Shown in pieces: positions 1 through 10,035 of a stretch of 64,000 nucleotides of DNA. The translations under genes and the position numbers were made by a program. Below the pieces are notes generated by a model. It saw only the letters and a list, made by a program, of their open reading frames with translations, did no database searches and was not told where the DNA came from. The DNA is from Treponemataceae bacterium (GTDB lineage: Bacteria > Spirochaetota > Spirochaetia > Treponematales > Rectinemataceae). The stretch lies in the NCBI GenBank assembly GCA_963667725.2, contig CAXXHO010000003.1, positions 544,001 to 608,000 on the forward strand. The letters are read 5' to 3'. Positions within the stretch are counted from its first letter, which is position 1. Every line of letters starts with the position of its first letter.

Positions 1-1
1 G

Positions 2-595
2 AACGTGCTTTTCTATGTGTACTATCTCGTGGGCACCAATAGCAGCCTCTATTTCGCTCCGTTTTTCGCCGACGCCCTCGGCATGGACGCGTCGCTGGTG
101 AGTATCGTCGGGGCTCTGTATTCAGGCGGCACGCTCTTCGCGATGCTCTTCCTCAATCCGCCCCTGTTCCGGCGCCTGGGACCGGCGCGATGCACGGTTT
201 TCGGCGCCGCGCTCAATATGGCCGGATTCATTCCTCTGGTTTTCCTGCGGCGCGCGGCGCCCGTCTGGGTCATGGGGGCCGTTCTGGTCTCATCGGTCGG
301 GTTCGGGATGCTCAAGTCAGCCATCGACGCGGCGCTCGCGACCTGCTCCGGCGACATCTCTTCAGGGGAGGGCTTGTCGGCCGGCGAGGAGGCGAGGGCG
401 GGCATCTATTCCATCGCGAACCTCGCCTCTTCCGCGCTCGGCATGGGGGCGGGAGCGCTCTGCAGCCTCTTCTATCCTTCCCTGCCGCGGTTCATACCCT
501 TGATTTCAATCGCGATTCTGGCCCTCATCGCCGGACTGCTCCTGCGGGCGAATCGCCCTGCTTCTCAATCCGCCTTTTCCCGCCGGATGTCATAG
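2..595 (+). CDS. MFS-type membrane transporter, 3' part (5' end lies outside the window)
   Basis: Frame is open to the window edge; multiple hydrophobic helices; 'LFRRLGPARC' resembles the MFS loop motif. Confidence 0.65.
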   Translation, partial: NVLFYVYYLVGTNSSLYFAPFFADALGMDASLVSIVGALYSGGTLFAMLFLNPPLFRRLGPARCTVFGAALNMAGFIPLVFLRRAAPVWVMGAVLVSSVGFGMLKSAIDAALATCSGDISSGEGLSAGEEARAGIYSIANLASSALGMGAGALCSLFYPSLPRFIPLISIAILALIAGLLLRANRPASQSAFSRRMS

Positions 596-2784
596 AGTTC
601 CAGTTGGGGTTTCTCCTCACCATTCCATTTGTTGAGCGTCACCTTGAAGAGCAGATCGACGCGGTCTTTCGCCTTGAAGGAAAAATCCCTCTCCAGGCGC
701 TCGGCGCCGTCCCAGAGAAGGGCCGGCCATTTGTAGCTGCCGAAGTCGAGGGTGAGCTTGAGGTGGCTCTTGGCCGATTTGCCCACGACCTGGGCGTCCA
801 CCATCGGAACGCCGCGGGCGAGGAAGACGAGAGGGCGGTTTTCCTCCCCGAAGGGTTCGAAACGCGAATAGACCTTCTGGAGCTCGGGGCGCAGGTAGCT
901 GTGGGGCAGTTCCGCGTCGACGGTGATGGTCTCCTCGGCGCTCGCCATTTCGGCGGCCTTGAGATGGGACGAGGCGATCGAAACGAAGGATTCCCAGTTT
1001 TCAGGCGGCATGGAGAAACCGGCGGCCGCGTCGTGCCCGCCATAGTCGATGAAAAGATCGGCGCAGGCGGCGAGAAGGCCCGATATCCTGAAATTGTTGG
1101 CCGTGCGGACTGACCCGACGACGCTACCGTCTTCCTTGAAGGCCGCGACTATGGCGGGCACCTTGAAGGTGCCTACCATGCGGGAGGCGAGAAGACCCGT
1201 GATGCCGGGCTTCACGAGAGGCGACCCCACGAGGATGAAGCGGCTGTCGTTCTTCTCGAAGCTTTCGCGCGCCAGCGGATAGACCGCTTCCCAGGTGTCC
1301 GAGCCCATCTTCTTGCGCTCGTTGTTCGCCTGGATGATGTCCTCGACGGCCTTCGTTCTGGCGGCCGGGTCGTCGGAGATGAGGAGGTCGAGGGCAATGT
1401 CGGGCTTTCCTATTCTTCCCGCGGCATTCAGGAGGGGCGTGACCTGCCAGGCGATTTCCGTTGAACTCAGGCCTTTGCCGAGCCCCTGGGCCTGGAGAAG
1501 TTCCCTCAGGCCCTTGCGCGGCGTCGAAGCTATCGCTTCGACGCCGCGCTTCACGATGATCCTGTTCTCGTCGCGGAGCGGCATGAGATCGGCTATTGTA
1601 CCGAGCGCGGCGAGCTGGATCAGCGCCTCTCCTTCCTCGGACTGGGAACCCAGCCTGCGTTGGGCAAGGACGGTGAAAAGCGTCTTCAGGACATCGATGT
1701 CGCCCGTTTCGGAGGAAGAATAGCGGGCAATCCTCAGGACCGATTTAAGCTCGGAGAGTGACTTCCCCGCGAAGTGCGGAAACAAGGCCGTGATCTCGTC
1801 GGCGATGTCGTAGCTTTCGATATCCACGTTGGGCCCGAAAATCCCGCGCGAGACGCGGTTCTGGATCGCCTTCTGCCAGACGAAAATCGAGCGTCCCTGG
1901 AGGAAGCGGGCGATTTTTTCGAGGACGGCCGAAGTCCTGGGTGATCCTTCCTCCAGCGTCTCCGAGAAGCGAGCCGTCTCGATGAGATTGTGGAGCTTCA
2001 CGATTTCGATCTTGTAGCGCCTGACCTCGCTGTCGAGATCGCCGGCGCCTTCTTCCGGCTTGAAGGCGACGGTGCCCTCGGCCGCCTGGGTCCGGCCGGC
2101 CGGAATCGTCGCGTTCGTGATGGAGAGAAGGGCCACGGACTGCTTGTAAAGACCGGTTCTCGCGAATGAAAGAGCTCTCGCGACCTTATAGGCGACGCCG
2201 GCCCCCGCGAGATCGCGGAAGGGATAGCCGCAGCCTTCGATTTTAGGATCGATGACGGCCACCGCTTCGGGCGGAAAATCGGCCTGAAGCTTGTGGTGGT
2301 CGCAGATTATGACGTCGACGCCCAGTTCGGCGGCGTGGGTTACTTCCTTGTGATTCGAGATGCCGCAGTCGACCGTGATGATGAGACTTCCGCCTTCCCT
2401 GGCGAAATCGTCGACCGCGGCCATAGAGAGACCATAAGCCTCTTCGCCTCGCGGCACGCGCCAGGTCGCGGTAATGCCCATCGAAGCGAGGGTCTCGACC
2501 ATAAGCGTTGTCGCGGTCACGCCGTCCGTATCGCTGTCTCCGAACACCATCACTTTTTCGCCCTCGTCGGCGGCGAGAAGTATCCTGTCGACGGCGTCCT
2601 CCATGGATTCGAAGAGAAAGGGATTGTGGAGGAAGCGCGGATCGTTCTCGAGGAAATAGAGCACCTGCTCGGGGCTCGTCACCTTCCTGCGGGCAAGGAT
2701 CGACGCGGTGAGCGTATCAATTTCGTAGCTGCGCGCCATGGACCTCACAAGCCCGGCGTCCAGGTCATCTTTTATCCATCTCAT
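565..2784 (-). CDS. recJ: Single-stranded-DNA exonuclease RecJ (DHH/DHHA1) with an internal insert
   Basis: Motifs FGDSDTDG, ITVDCG, CDHH, LGTIAD, P-LNAAGR and GGHDAAAG; real start MRWIKDD at 2784 with GGAGG upstream, overlapping the pdp stop. Confidence 0.95.
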   Translation of the reverse strand: MRWIKDDLDAGLVRSMARSYEIDTLTASILARRKVTSPEQVLYFLENDPRFLHNPFLFESMEDAVDRILLAADEGEKVMVFGDSDTDGVTATTLMVETLASMGITATWRVPRGEEAYGLSMAAVDDFAREGGSLIITVDCGISNHKEVTHAAELGVDVIICDHHKLQADFPPEAVAVIDPKIEGCGYPFRDLAGAGVAYKVARALSFARTGLYKQSVALLSITNATIPAGRTQAAEGTVAFKPEEGAGDLDSEVRRYKIEIVKLHNLIETARFSETLEEGSPRTSAVLEKIARFLQGRSIFVWQKAIQNRVSRGIFGPNVDIESYDIADEITALFPHFAGKSLSELKSVLRIARYSSSETGDIDVLKTLFTVLAQRRLGSQSEEGEALIQLAALGTIADLMPLRDENRIIVKRGVEAIASTPRKGLRELLQAQGLGKGLSSTEIAWQVTPLLNAAGRIGKPDIALDLLISDDPAARTKAVEDIIQANNERKKMGSDTWEAVYPLARESFEKNDSRFILVGSPLVKPGITGLLASRMVGTFKVPAIVAAFKEDGSVVGSVRTANNFRISGLLAACADLFIDYGGHDAAAGFSMPPENWESFVSIASSHLKAAEMASAEETITVDAELPHSYLRPELQKVYSRFEPFGEENRPLVFLARGVPMVDAQVVGKSAKSHLKLTLDFGSYKWPALLWDGAERLERDFSFKAKDRVDLLFKVTLNKWNGEEKPQLELYDIRREKAD

Positions 2785-4091
2785 GAAGCTGATAATTCCT
2801 CCAGTATCAAGGGCGAAGAAACGGGAGCCTCCGGCGAGACCCGAAGCGCCTCGCGGGCCAGGCCCAAGGCCGGCTCCAGGCAGGCTTCGTCCTTTCCGAA
2901 AATGCTTGCCACGAGATCGCCTCGCGTCACGCGATCGCCTTTCTTGCGTTCGAATATGAAACCGACGTCGGGGCTTACCTTGTCGTCTGTTGTATTTCTT
3001 CCCACGCCGAGATGGACGCCGGCGATTCCAATCTTCCAGGCGTCTATGGAAGCGATATAGCCGTTTTCGGGAGCCCTGAGTTCGGCGCTGTACGGCGAGC
3101 GGCATCGGCCTCGAAGCGAAGCGAGCCTGGCGGGATCGCCGCCCTGCCTCGCGATGTTGGCGAGGAAAAGTTCCATGGCCCTTCCCGATTCTACGGCGCG
3201 CGCGCAGGTCGCCTCTCCCTCGGCCACCGAACCGGCTTTGCCGGAGGCGACGAGCATCCAGGCTCCCAGCCTGTAGACGAGTTCCATCACGTCGGCCGGC
3301 CCTATGCCTTCGAGGCAATCCATCGTTTCCTCGATTTCGAAGAAGTTGCCGACCGTCCTGCCCAGGGGCTCGGACATGTCGGTGATGAGGGCGACGACGC
3401 GCTTGCCCATGGCCGTCCCCGTTCGCACGAGGCTGGTCGCTAAAGCCTTGGCTTCGTCGAAGGTCTTCATGAAGGCGCCCGGACCCGATTTGACGTCGAA
3501 GACGAGGGCGTCGGCCCCTTCGGCCACTTTTTTTGAGAGTATAGAAGCGGTGATGAGGGGGATCGACTCGACCGTGGCCGTGACGTCGCGCAGAGCGTAC
3601 AGCCTCTTGTCGGCAGGCACGACGCGGGCCGTCTGCCCTGTCATCGCGAAACCGTCGGCCAGAATCCCCGAGCGGAAAGCGGCGAGATCCAGGCTGGTCC
3701 TGTAGCCCGGAATGGATTCAAGCTTGTCCAGCGTGCCGCCCGTGTGGCCGAGGGCGCGGCCCGACATCATCGGCACCTTGGCCCCGCATGCGGCCACGAT
3801 GGGCGCGAGGGGCAGGGAAATCTTGTCGCCCACGCCGCCCGTTGAATGCTTGTCGACGAAGGGGCCAGGGATTCCCGAAAGATCCATCCTGTCGCCCGAG
3901 CCGAGCATGGCGGAGGTGAGAGCGGCCGTCTCCGCCGCCGTCATCCCTTTGAAGAATATGGCCATAAGGAGGGCTGATATCTGGTATTCCGGAATTTCCG
4001 CGCTTACATATCCATCGATGATGAAGCCGATCTCCTCGTCCGAGAGCGCCAGACCTGAGCGTTTCTTCATGATTATATCCACGGCTCTCAT
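2781..4091 (-). CDS. pdp: Thymidine/pyrimidine-nucleoside phosphorylase
   Basis: DKHSTGGVGDK, MSGRALGHTGGTLDKLESIPG, LYALRDVTATV, SILSKK. Confidence 0.95.
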   Translation of the reverse strand: MRAVDIIMKKRSGLALSDEEIGFIIDGYVSAEIPEYQISALLMAIFFKGMTAAETAALTSAMLGSGDRMDLSGIPGPFVDKHSTGGVGDKISLPLAPIVAACGAKVPMMSGRALGHTGGTLDKLESIPGYRTSLDLAAFRSGILADGFAMTGQTARVVPADKRLYALRDVTATVESIPLITASILSKKVAEGADALVFDVKSGPGAFMKTFDEAKALATSLVRTGTAMGKRVVALITDMSEPLGRTVGNFFEIEETMDCLEGIGPADVMELVYRLGAWMLVASGKAGSVAEGEATCARAVESGRAMELFLANIARQGGDPARLASLRGRCRSPYSAELRAPENGYIASIDAWKIGIAGVHLGVGRNTTDDKVSPDVGFIFERKKGDRVTRGDLVASIFGKDEACLEPALGLAREALRVSPEAPVSSPLILEELSAS

Positions 4092-4128
4092 GCGTTTTCC
4101 TTTCTGCTCACGGGCGGCCAAACCATGC

Positions 4129-4166
4129 GCGGGGACTCGCCATCAGGTCTGATGGCGAGTCCCCGC
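4129..4166. other. Perfect 18-bp inverted repeat between recO and pdp
   Basis: GCGGGGACTCGCCATCAG-GT-CTGATGGCGAGTCCCCGC, with no U-tract on either side. Confidence 0.8.
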
Positions 4167-4239
4167 CGCGCCGCGCATATATTCAACGTATCGGAACAGA
4201 TATTATACTTCAAGAACAGGCTCGGGATAAAGTCTCCGC

Positions 4240-5001
4240 TCACTGGGACATCAGCGTGAGAAGCGTCCCTTCCGCCGCCTTCTGCGAGATGTAGTAGATG
4301 ATCCCCTTCAGCGACGAAAGCGTCGCGTCATCGGCATGGAGGGCCGAACTCTCGGCGAGGCTGCCCCGCGAGAAACCAAGCAGGCAGTCCAGTTCGTCCG
4401 TTCCGAGAGGGAGTCCGTCACGGCCGCAGGAGTCGCAGACGAAACCGTCATGGGCCGCCGAATATTGAACTCCGGTAATGGCTTCCCTCGCGCCGCCGTC
4501 GTGAAAGGCCAGTTTTTTCCCGCAGCCGGCGCAGCGCTCAAGATCGGGGCGCAGGCCCATTATTTCCAGGATCTTCCAGAGATAGGCGAGGAGCGTCATG
4601 TCGGCCTTTTCGTCCTCTTCGTCGTTGAGAACCCTGAGGGCCTGGAGGGAAAGCTCCAATACTTCCGCGTATTCGCCGCCGCAGCCCGAGGTCTTGATGA
4701 TGAGCTCCGCTATCACGCTTGCCGACCAGAGCCTGGAATAGCTTTCGCGGAGCCTGGAGAATGATTCGATGATGGAAAGATCGCTCAGTTTCCTGTAATG
4801 CTTGACGGGATCGGCATAGATGAAGACTTTTGCGAATACGAAGGGCGAGGCTGAGGACCGCAGCGAGCTGCGCGGTCCTCCGAACACGAAGGCGTCGATG
4901 ATGCCGGCTTCGGCGCTCAGCATGCTTACGATCCTGTCCCCTGAGGGGCTCTCCTTCGAGCGGAGGAAGAGGGCTTCGAAGCTTTCGTTTCGGTCAGGCA
5001 T
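4240..5001 (-). CDS. recO: DNA repair protein RecO
   Basis: N-terminal OB-like 'LRSKE...DRIVSML', then 'GLRPDLERCAGCG' and 'GFVCDSC' zinc finger. Confidence 0.88.
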   Translation of the reverse strand: MPDRNESFEALFLRSKESPSGDRIVSMLSAEAGIIDAFVFGGPRSSLRSSASPFVFAKVFIYADPVKHYRKLSDLSIIESFSRLRESYSRLWSASVIAELIIKTSGCGGEYAEVLELSLQALRVLNDEEDEKADMTLLAYLWKILEIMGLRPDLERCAGCGKKLAFHDGGAREAITGVQYSAAHDGFVCDSCGRDGLPLGTDELDCLLGFSRGSLAESSALHADDATLSSLKGIIYYISQKAAEGTLLTLMSQ

Positions 5002-5740
5002 CGCGATCCTCTGTCCTTGAGTCCTTGTCGTCGACGATCCACCAGCTGACGCCGCCGGATTCGCCGCGCCTGAGCCTCTCCCGCTTCGCGCGTTCTAGCC
5101 GCGCCAGTTCCCGCTTCTTATAGCCGCGGGACCAGAGCCACGACGATACGAATCCCCCGATATGGGCGAGGTAGGCCGTGCCTCCCGCGCTGAGTCCCGA
5201 AAAGCCTCCAGCGAGCTGGAGGATGAACCAGAATCCAATGACGATCCAGGCGGAAAGGGCTGTCGGGATGAAGTTAAACAGGAGCACGACTACCTTGTTT
5301 CCGGGAAAGAGCACGAGGTAGGCGGCGAGCACGCCTGAGATGGCCGCCGAGGCGCCAACGAGGGGCACTTCGGCCGCCGCTCCGCCGATGGCGAGGGCCG
5401 CGGCTACATGGGCGAGGACGCCGATCGTGCCCGAAATCAGGTAGAGGGCGATAAAACGCCTGCGGCCTATCCTGCATTCCACGTTGTCGCCGAAAATGCC
5501 CAGGAAGAGCATGTTGCCCGCGAGATGGGCGAGTCCCCCATGGGCGAACTGGCTCGTGAGAAGACTCGGCAAGCCCCGTCCGCTCGCTATTTCTGAAGGT
5601 ATCGCGGCGAGGGCGAGAGTCGGGAGGTCGGCGCCGAAGCCCTGGATGAAGATGAAGACAGCGACGTTTATCCCGATGAGGCTCCAGGTGGCGATCGCCG
5701 AACCGCGCCCGCAGGAATTCTGATCTCCGATCGGAATCAT
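4994..5740 (-). CDS. Rhomboid family intramembrane serine protease
   Basis: FAHGGLAHLAGNMLFL, GASAAISG, AHIGGF; start MIPIGD. Confidence 0.93.
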   Translation of the reverse strand: MIPIGDQNSCGRGSAIATWSLIGINVAVFIFIQGFGADLPTLALAAIPSEIASGRGLPSLLTSQFAHGGLAHLAGNMLFLGIFGDNVECRIGRRRFIALYLISGTIGVLAHVAAALAIGGAAAEVPLVGASAAISGVLAAYLVLFPGNKVVVLLFNFIPTALSAWIVIGFWFILQLAGGFSGLSAGGTAYLAHIGGFVSSWLWSRGYKKRELARLERAKRERLRRGESGGVSWWIVDDKDSRTEDRDA

Positions 5741-5867
5741 GCCAATACTCCTCCCCCTCGGAAAAATATAGTGCAAAGTACCCCCGAAGGCTACTGGGAA
5801 AAGGACGGGCGATGACAGGTTCGGGCCACGGTTGAAGCGGTCAGCCTAATATGGTATTACTGTGGCG

Positions 5868-6494
5868 ATGACCAAAGCATTGATGTTCGATCTTGACAAC
5901 ACGCTCTATTCTGAAAAGACAGGCATGGAAAAGCAGGTCGTCGAGAGAATAAACGGATTCGTATCCAATTTTCTCGGCTGGCCTCCCGAAGAAACGAACC
6001 TAAGGCGACGCGAAGGCGCTAAGCGTTTCGGCACGACCCTCGAATGGCTCGTCTACGAGAAAGGCCTGAAAGATGTCGACGCGTATTTTGCTTTCACGCA
6101 TCCCGAGGGGGAGGAAGACTGCCTGACGATCGACGATGGGGTGAAGGGGATTCTCGATTCACTGGACTATCCGAAGGTAGTGCTGACGAACGCGCCCATG
6201 GAGCACGCGATGCGAGTGCTGCGCAAGCTGGATATCCTGGACCGCTTCAAGGGAATTTACGATATCAGGTATAACGGCCTCGTGGGCAAACCCCATCCCA
6301 AATCATATCTGCGCGTCCTGGAGGCGTCGGGCTTCTCCGCCGAAACGACGGTGTTCATAGACGACAGCCCCAAATACGTCAAGGGCTATCTCGCGTTGGG
6401 CGGCAGAGGCATCCTCAAGGATGAGGGCGAACGGTTCCTCGGTCACGGATACGAGCGCGTCACGACGTTGAAGGAACTCGCGGCCCTGCTCTGA
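5868..6494 (+). CDS. HAD-IA hydrolase, pyrimidine 5'-nucleotidase-like
   Basis: FDLDNTLY, LTNA, KPHP, FIDD motifs. Confidence 0.88.
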   Translation: MTKALMFDLDNTLYSEKTGMEKQVVERINGFVSNFLGWPPEETNLRRREGAKRFGTTLEWLVYEKGLKDVDAYFAFTHPEGEEDCLTIDDGVKGILDSLDYPKVVLTNAPMEHAMRVLRKLDILDRFKGIYDIRYNGLVGKPHPKSYLRVLEASGFSAETTVFIDDSPKYVKGYLALGGRGILKDEGERFLGHGYERVTTLKELAALL

Positions 6495-6498
6495 TTTT

Positions 6499-7404
6499 TC
6501 AGCCCTTCGCCTTCCCGGCTCGTTTGGCGAGCGATCCCGCCACGAGCGCGATGAGAGTCGCGGCGTAGGGAATCATAAGTATGAATTCAGCGGGTATCCT
6601 GAATAAACCCTGGGCATAGTTCGAATAACTTTCGGCCAGCGCGAAGATGAAGCAGGCAAGGGCAATTTTGCCTGGTCTTCGCGCGCCCAGATAGATGGCC
6701 ACAAGGGCTATCCATCCGCGGCCGGCGCTCATGTTGGGCACATAGGCGGCGAGCGGCAGCGACAGGCTCACGCCGGCCATTCCGCAAAAAAATCCGGACA
6801 AGACTATGGCGATGAGTCGATAGGCGTCGGGCCTGAATCCCGATGCCGCCACCGCCTCAGCGTTCGCTCCCGTCGCCCTTATTTTCATACCCAGGGGCGT
6901 CCTGCGGATGATCACCGCGGCGGCGATGACGAAAAACCACGAAAGATAGACGAGAACGGTATGCGAAAAGAGGGCCGGTCCGAAAAAGGGAATGTTTCCC
7001 AGCAGTCCGGCGAATGGCCTGGCCAGCTCGGGGATTTTGAAGGCGACGACGCTCTTCGTTCCGAACCATTGTCGGGAAAGCACCACAGTCAGCCCCGACG
7101 CGAAAATATTGGCCGCCAGGCCGGTCACGAAAATATTGGCTTTGAGGCGTATCGTGGCCGAACCGTAGGCCCAAGCCAAAAGGGCGGCGGCGAGACTCCC
7201 GGCGACGAGGCCGGCGAAGAGGCTTTGCGTCATCGAGGCCGCCACGATGCCGAAGAAGGCGCCGACGAGAATGAGACCTTCCAGGGCTATGTTGAGCATT
7301 CCCGTGAGTTCGGTGAAAAGGCCGCCCAGGGCGGCGAATATGAGCGGCGTCATGGCGGCTATCGCGTTGCCCGCTATCGTTCCCGTCGTGCCGGCCCAGT
7401 TCAT
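6499..7404 (-). CDS. Nucleoside/sugar ABC transporter permease (BPD_transp_2)
   Basis: GMLNIALEG, GRGWIALVA. Confidence 0.9.
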   Translation of the reverse strand: MNWAGTTGTIAGNAIAAMTPLIFAALGGLFTELTGMLNIALEGLILVGAFFGIVAASMTQSLFAGLVAGSLAAALLAWAYGSATIRLKANIFVTGLAANIFASGLTVVLSRQWFGTKSVVAFKIPELARPFAGLLGNIPFFGPALFSHTVLVYLSWFFVIAAAVIIRRTPLGMKIRATGANAEAVAASGFRPDAYRLIAIVLSGFFCGMAGVSLSLPLAAYVPNMSAGRGWIALVAIYLGARRPGKIALACFIFALAESYSNYAQGLFRIPAEFILMIPYAATLIALVAGSLAKRAGKAKG

Positions 7405-8462
7405 CGCTTCCCCCCGATCCCGGCCCGCGTGAGGCCCGCCGCCTTCAGTTTTTCCGCGAAGGGAAGGGCCGTCGCCGTTATGAGAAGGAATATGACGGCC
7501 TGGACGATGGCCACGATTTCTGAACTCACGTCGGAGCCGAGCATGACGCTTTTGGATCCCGAATCGAGATAGGCGTAAAAAGCCGCTGCGGGGATGAGGG
7601 CGAGAGGATTGTTCCTCGCGATGAGCGATACCGCTATGGCGCTCCAGCCGACGCCCGACGAAAATCCGCGCATGACCTTGTAGTAGGAACCGAAAACCAT
7701 GAGAGCCCCGGCGAGGCCGTGCAGCGCTCCCGACAGCGCCATGGGAAGAAGGGTGTAGATTCCGCTGTCGATCCCGGCATAGCGCGCGAACTCCCTATTG
7801 GCTCCGCAGAGCCTGAGCTCGAATCCGAATCTTGTCCTATCCATCACCGCCTTGCCCGCGAGGGACGCGAGGAGTCCGATGATGAGTCCGGTGCTCAGCG
7901 AGGAGGGAGGAAAAATCTTCGGGAAAGCCGCGGACGCGGCGATCGCGCGCGTCGTCTGGAAATTACTGGCAGGGTCCTGGAAAGGTCCGGTGACGAGGAA
8001 GTCGACGAGAAGGACGGCCAGGGAGGAAATGAGGAATGATGAAATGAGCTCGTCGACGCCGAGGCGGCGCTTGAGGGTTCCCGATAGCCCGCCGATCAAG
8101 CCGCCTGCCGCGGCCGCCGCGGAACAGGAAAGAAGTTGAACGACGAAGGTCGAGCCTTCGGGAAGGTTCAAGGCCACAAGCGTCGCCACGAGGGCTCCGC
8201 CGTAAATCTGCCCTTCGCCGCCGAGGTTGAAGTTGCGCGATTCGAAAGCGAAGGCGACGCCCAGTCCTGCGACGATGAGCGGCACCATCGAGGAGATGAG
8301 GTTGCCCAGATAGTAGCGGTTCGTAAGGGGCGCCACGAAGAAGAGGAACAGCGAATCGGCGAAGGAATCCGAGAAAAGATAGAGCAACAGGCAGGCCGAC
8401 GCAAGAGCCGCCGCTATCGTGAAGAGAAGGACGCCTCCGCGTCCGCGGCTTGCTTTACTCAT
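7401..8462 (-). CDS. Nucleoside/sugar ABC transporter permease
   Basis: FNLGGEGQ, RTRFGFELR-GAN, GVGWSAIAV. Confidence 0.9.
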   Translation of the reverse strand: MSKASRGRGGVLLFTIAAALASACLLLYLFSDSFADSLFLFFVAPLTNRYYLGNLISSMVPLIVAGLGVAFAFESRNFNLGGEGQIYGGALVATLVALNLPEGSTFVVQLLSCSAAAAAGGLIGGLSGTLKRRLGVDELISSFLISSLAVLLVDFLVTGPFQDPASNFQTTRAIAASAAFPKIFPPSSLSTGLIIGLLASLAGKAVMDRTRFGFELRLCGANREFARYAGIDSGIYTLLPMALSGALHGLAGALMVFGSYYKVMRGFSSGVGWSAIAVSLIARNNPLALIPAAAFYAYLDSGSKSVMLGSDVSSEIVAIVQAVIFLLITATALPFAEKLKAAGLTRAGIGGKR

Positions 8463-10014
8463 TTGAGCCGCCTCCGATGGCGAGCGGACTGGGGGAAGCC
8501 GAGAGGCCGAGCATCAGGGAACCCAAGCCTTCGCGCGTCACTTCAGGGCCATTAGGCAGGGAGCCGGCCAGCCTGCCCTTGCGCAGAACGGCTATCCTGT
8601 CGGACAGCGTCAGTATTTCATCGATATCGGAGGAGAGAAGCACGATCGCCGATCCTTTTTCGCGCAGGGCGAGAATTCGGTCGTAGACGAACTCAGCCGA
8701 TGCCCTGTCGAGTCCCCAGGTGGGTTCGCAGAGTATACAGAGAGCCGGGGGCGGATCCGAGAGTTCGCGGGCAAGAATCATTTTCTGTATATTGCCGCCC
8801 GAAAGTTCCTCGACGAGACTATCCGGGCCGGCTTTTATGGAAAAGTCGCTGATGGCGGCGCTCGCCGCCTTCCTGGCCGCTTCGCTGTCGAGAATGCCTC
8901 TCGGGAAGAAGGCGGCCCTGTCCAAAGCTATGAAGTTTTCGGCCACCGTCCTGCTGTCGCAGGAACCCCGCCTCATCCGGTCGGAAGGGACATAGGCTAT
9001 GCCGTGGAAACGCCAGGGCGCCGACCTGAAACGAGGGTAGGGAGCGCCGAAGAACCGAAGCCTGCCCGAACCCGGCTTGACGATGCCAGCGAGGAGATCT
9101 TCGAGTTCGGTGAGACCATTACCGGATAAGGCGCAAAGCCCGCGGATTTCGCCCGGCCTGACGGCGAGGGAAAGCCGATCGAGCAGGGCCACACCGTGAT
9201 GACGAGCCCTGAGGCTCAGGTTTTCGAGCTCCAGGACAGGTTCGCCGCCCGTCACGGCGGGAAAGCGCGGACGATGTTCCCTTAGGCCGCCGCTTCCCAT
9301 CATCATGCCTGAGAGATCCTGTTCCGACACCGCCGACGCGGGAAATTCTCCGACGGTCTCGCCGTCGCGCATCACGGTGACCGTATCGGCGATTTCCTTC
9401 ACTTCCCTGATCTTGTGCGTGATGATGACGATAGTCTTCCCTTCTTCCTTGAGCCCGCGGAGCGTGGAAAAAAGGGAGCGTATCTCCTGTTCGGTGAGCA
9501 CAGAGGTGGGTTCGTCGAGTATGAGCACCTCGCAGTCCCTGTACAGAAGCCTGAGGATTTCCACCTGCTGTCGTTCCCCGACCGTGAGTTCATCGGCAGG
9601 CTTCTCAGGATCGATCGAAAAGCCGAATCTGACAATGGCCTTGGCGGCCGCGTCCACGCAGGCTTTCCTGTCGATGAAAATGCCGCAGAGCCTTGGCTCG
9701 ACGCCGAATACGATGTTTTCGGCGGCGGAAAAGCCCGGTATGGTCATGAAATGCTGGTGGACCATGCCAATCCCATGTTTGGACGCGTCGGAAGCGCTGC
9801 GGAAGCCGACGGCGCGCCCGTCGATGGCGATGCTGCCGGAATCGGGCTTGGTAAGTCCGGCGAGGATCCTCATGAGCGTTGTCTTGCCGGCGCCGTTTTC
9901 GCCGATGACGGCGTGGATTTCGCCCGCGGACAGATGAAGCTCGGCCTTTCTATTTGCCCAGGTTCCGCTCGAAGAGAAAAATTTGTCTATTTTTTCAAGG
10001 CTGATACTTTTCAT
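8455..10014 (-). CDS. ABC transporter ATP-binding protein with two NBDs (CUT2 type)
   Basis: GENGAGKT, LILDEPT, LSGGNIQK. Confidence 0.93.
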   Translation of the reverse strand: MKSISLEKIDKFFSSSGTWANRKAELHLSAGEIHAVIGENGAGKTTLMRILAGLTKPDSGSIAIDGRAVGFRSASDASKHGIGMVHQHFMTIPGFSAAENIVFGVEPRLCGIFIDRKACVDAAAKAIVRFGFSIDPEKPADELTVGERQQVEILRLLYRDCEVLILDEPTSVLTEQEIRSLFSTLRGLKEEGKTIVIITHKIREVKEIADTVTVMRDGETVGEFPASAVSEQDLSGMMMGSGGLREHRPRFPAVTGGEPVLELENLSLRARHHGVALLDRLSLAVRPGEIRGLCALSGNGLTELEDLLAGIVKPGSGRLRFFGAPYPRFRSAPWRFHGIAYVPSDRMRRGSCDSRTVAENFIALDRAAFFPRGILDSEAARKAASAAISDFSIKAGPDSLVEELSGGNIQKMILARELSDPPPALCILCEPTWGLDRASAEFVYDRILALREKGSAIVLLSSDIDEILTLSDRIAVLRKGRLAGSLPNGPEVTREGLGSLMLGLSASPSPLAIGGGSNE

Positions 10015-10035
10015 GATGAGGCGCCAAGCCCTGAA

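Noticed and set aside
1620..2170. RecJ insert as an intein
   Set aside because: It has no Cys/Ser start with a His-Asn end and no homing endonuclease motifs
2785..3318. N-terminal 177 aa of the 917-aa RecJ ORF
   Set aside because: It overlaps pdp in another frame and is Arg-rich nonsense; the real start with an SD is at 2784
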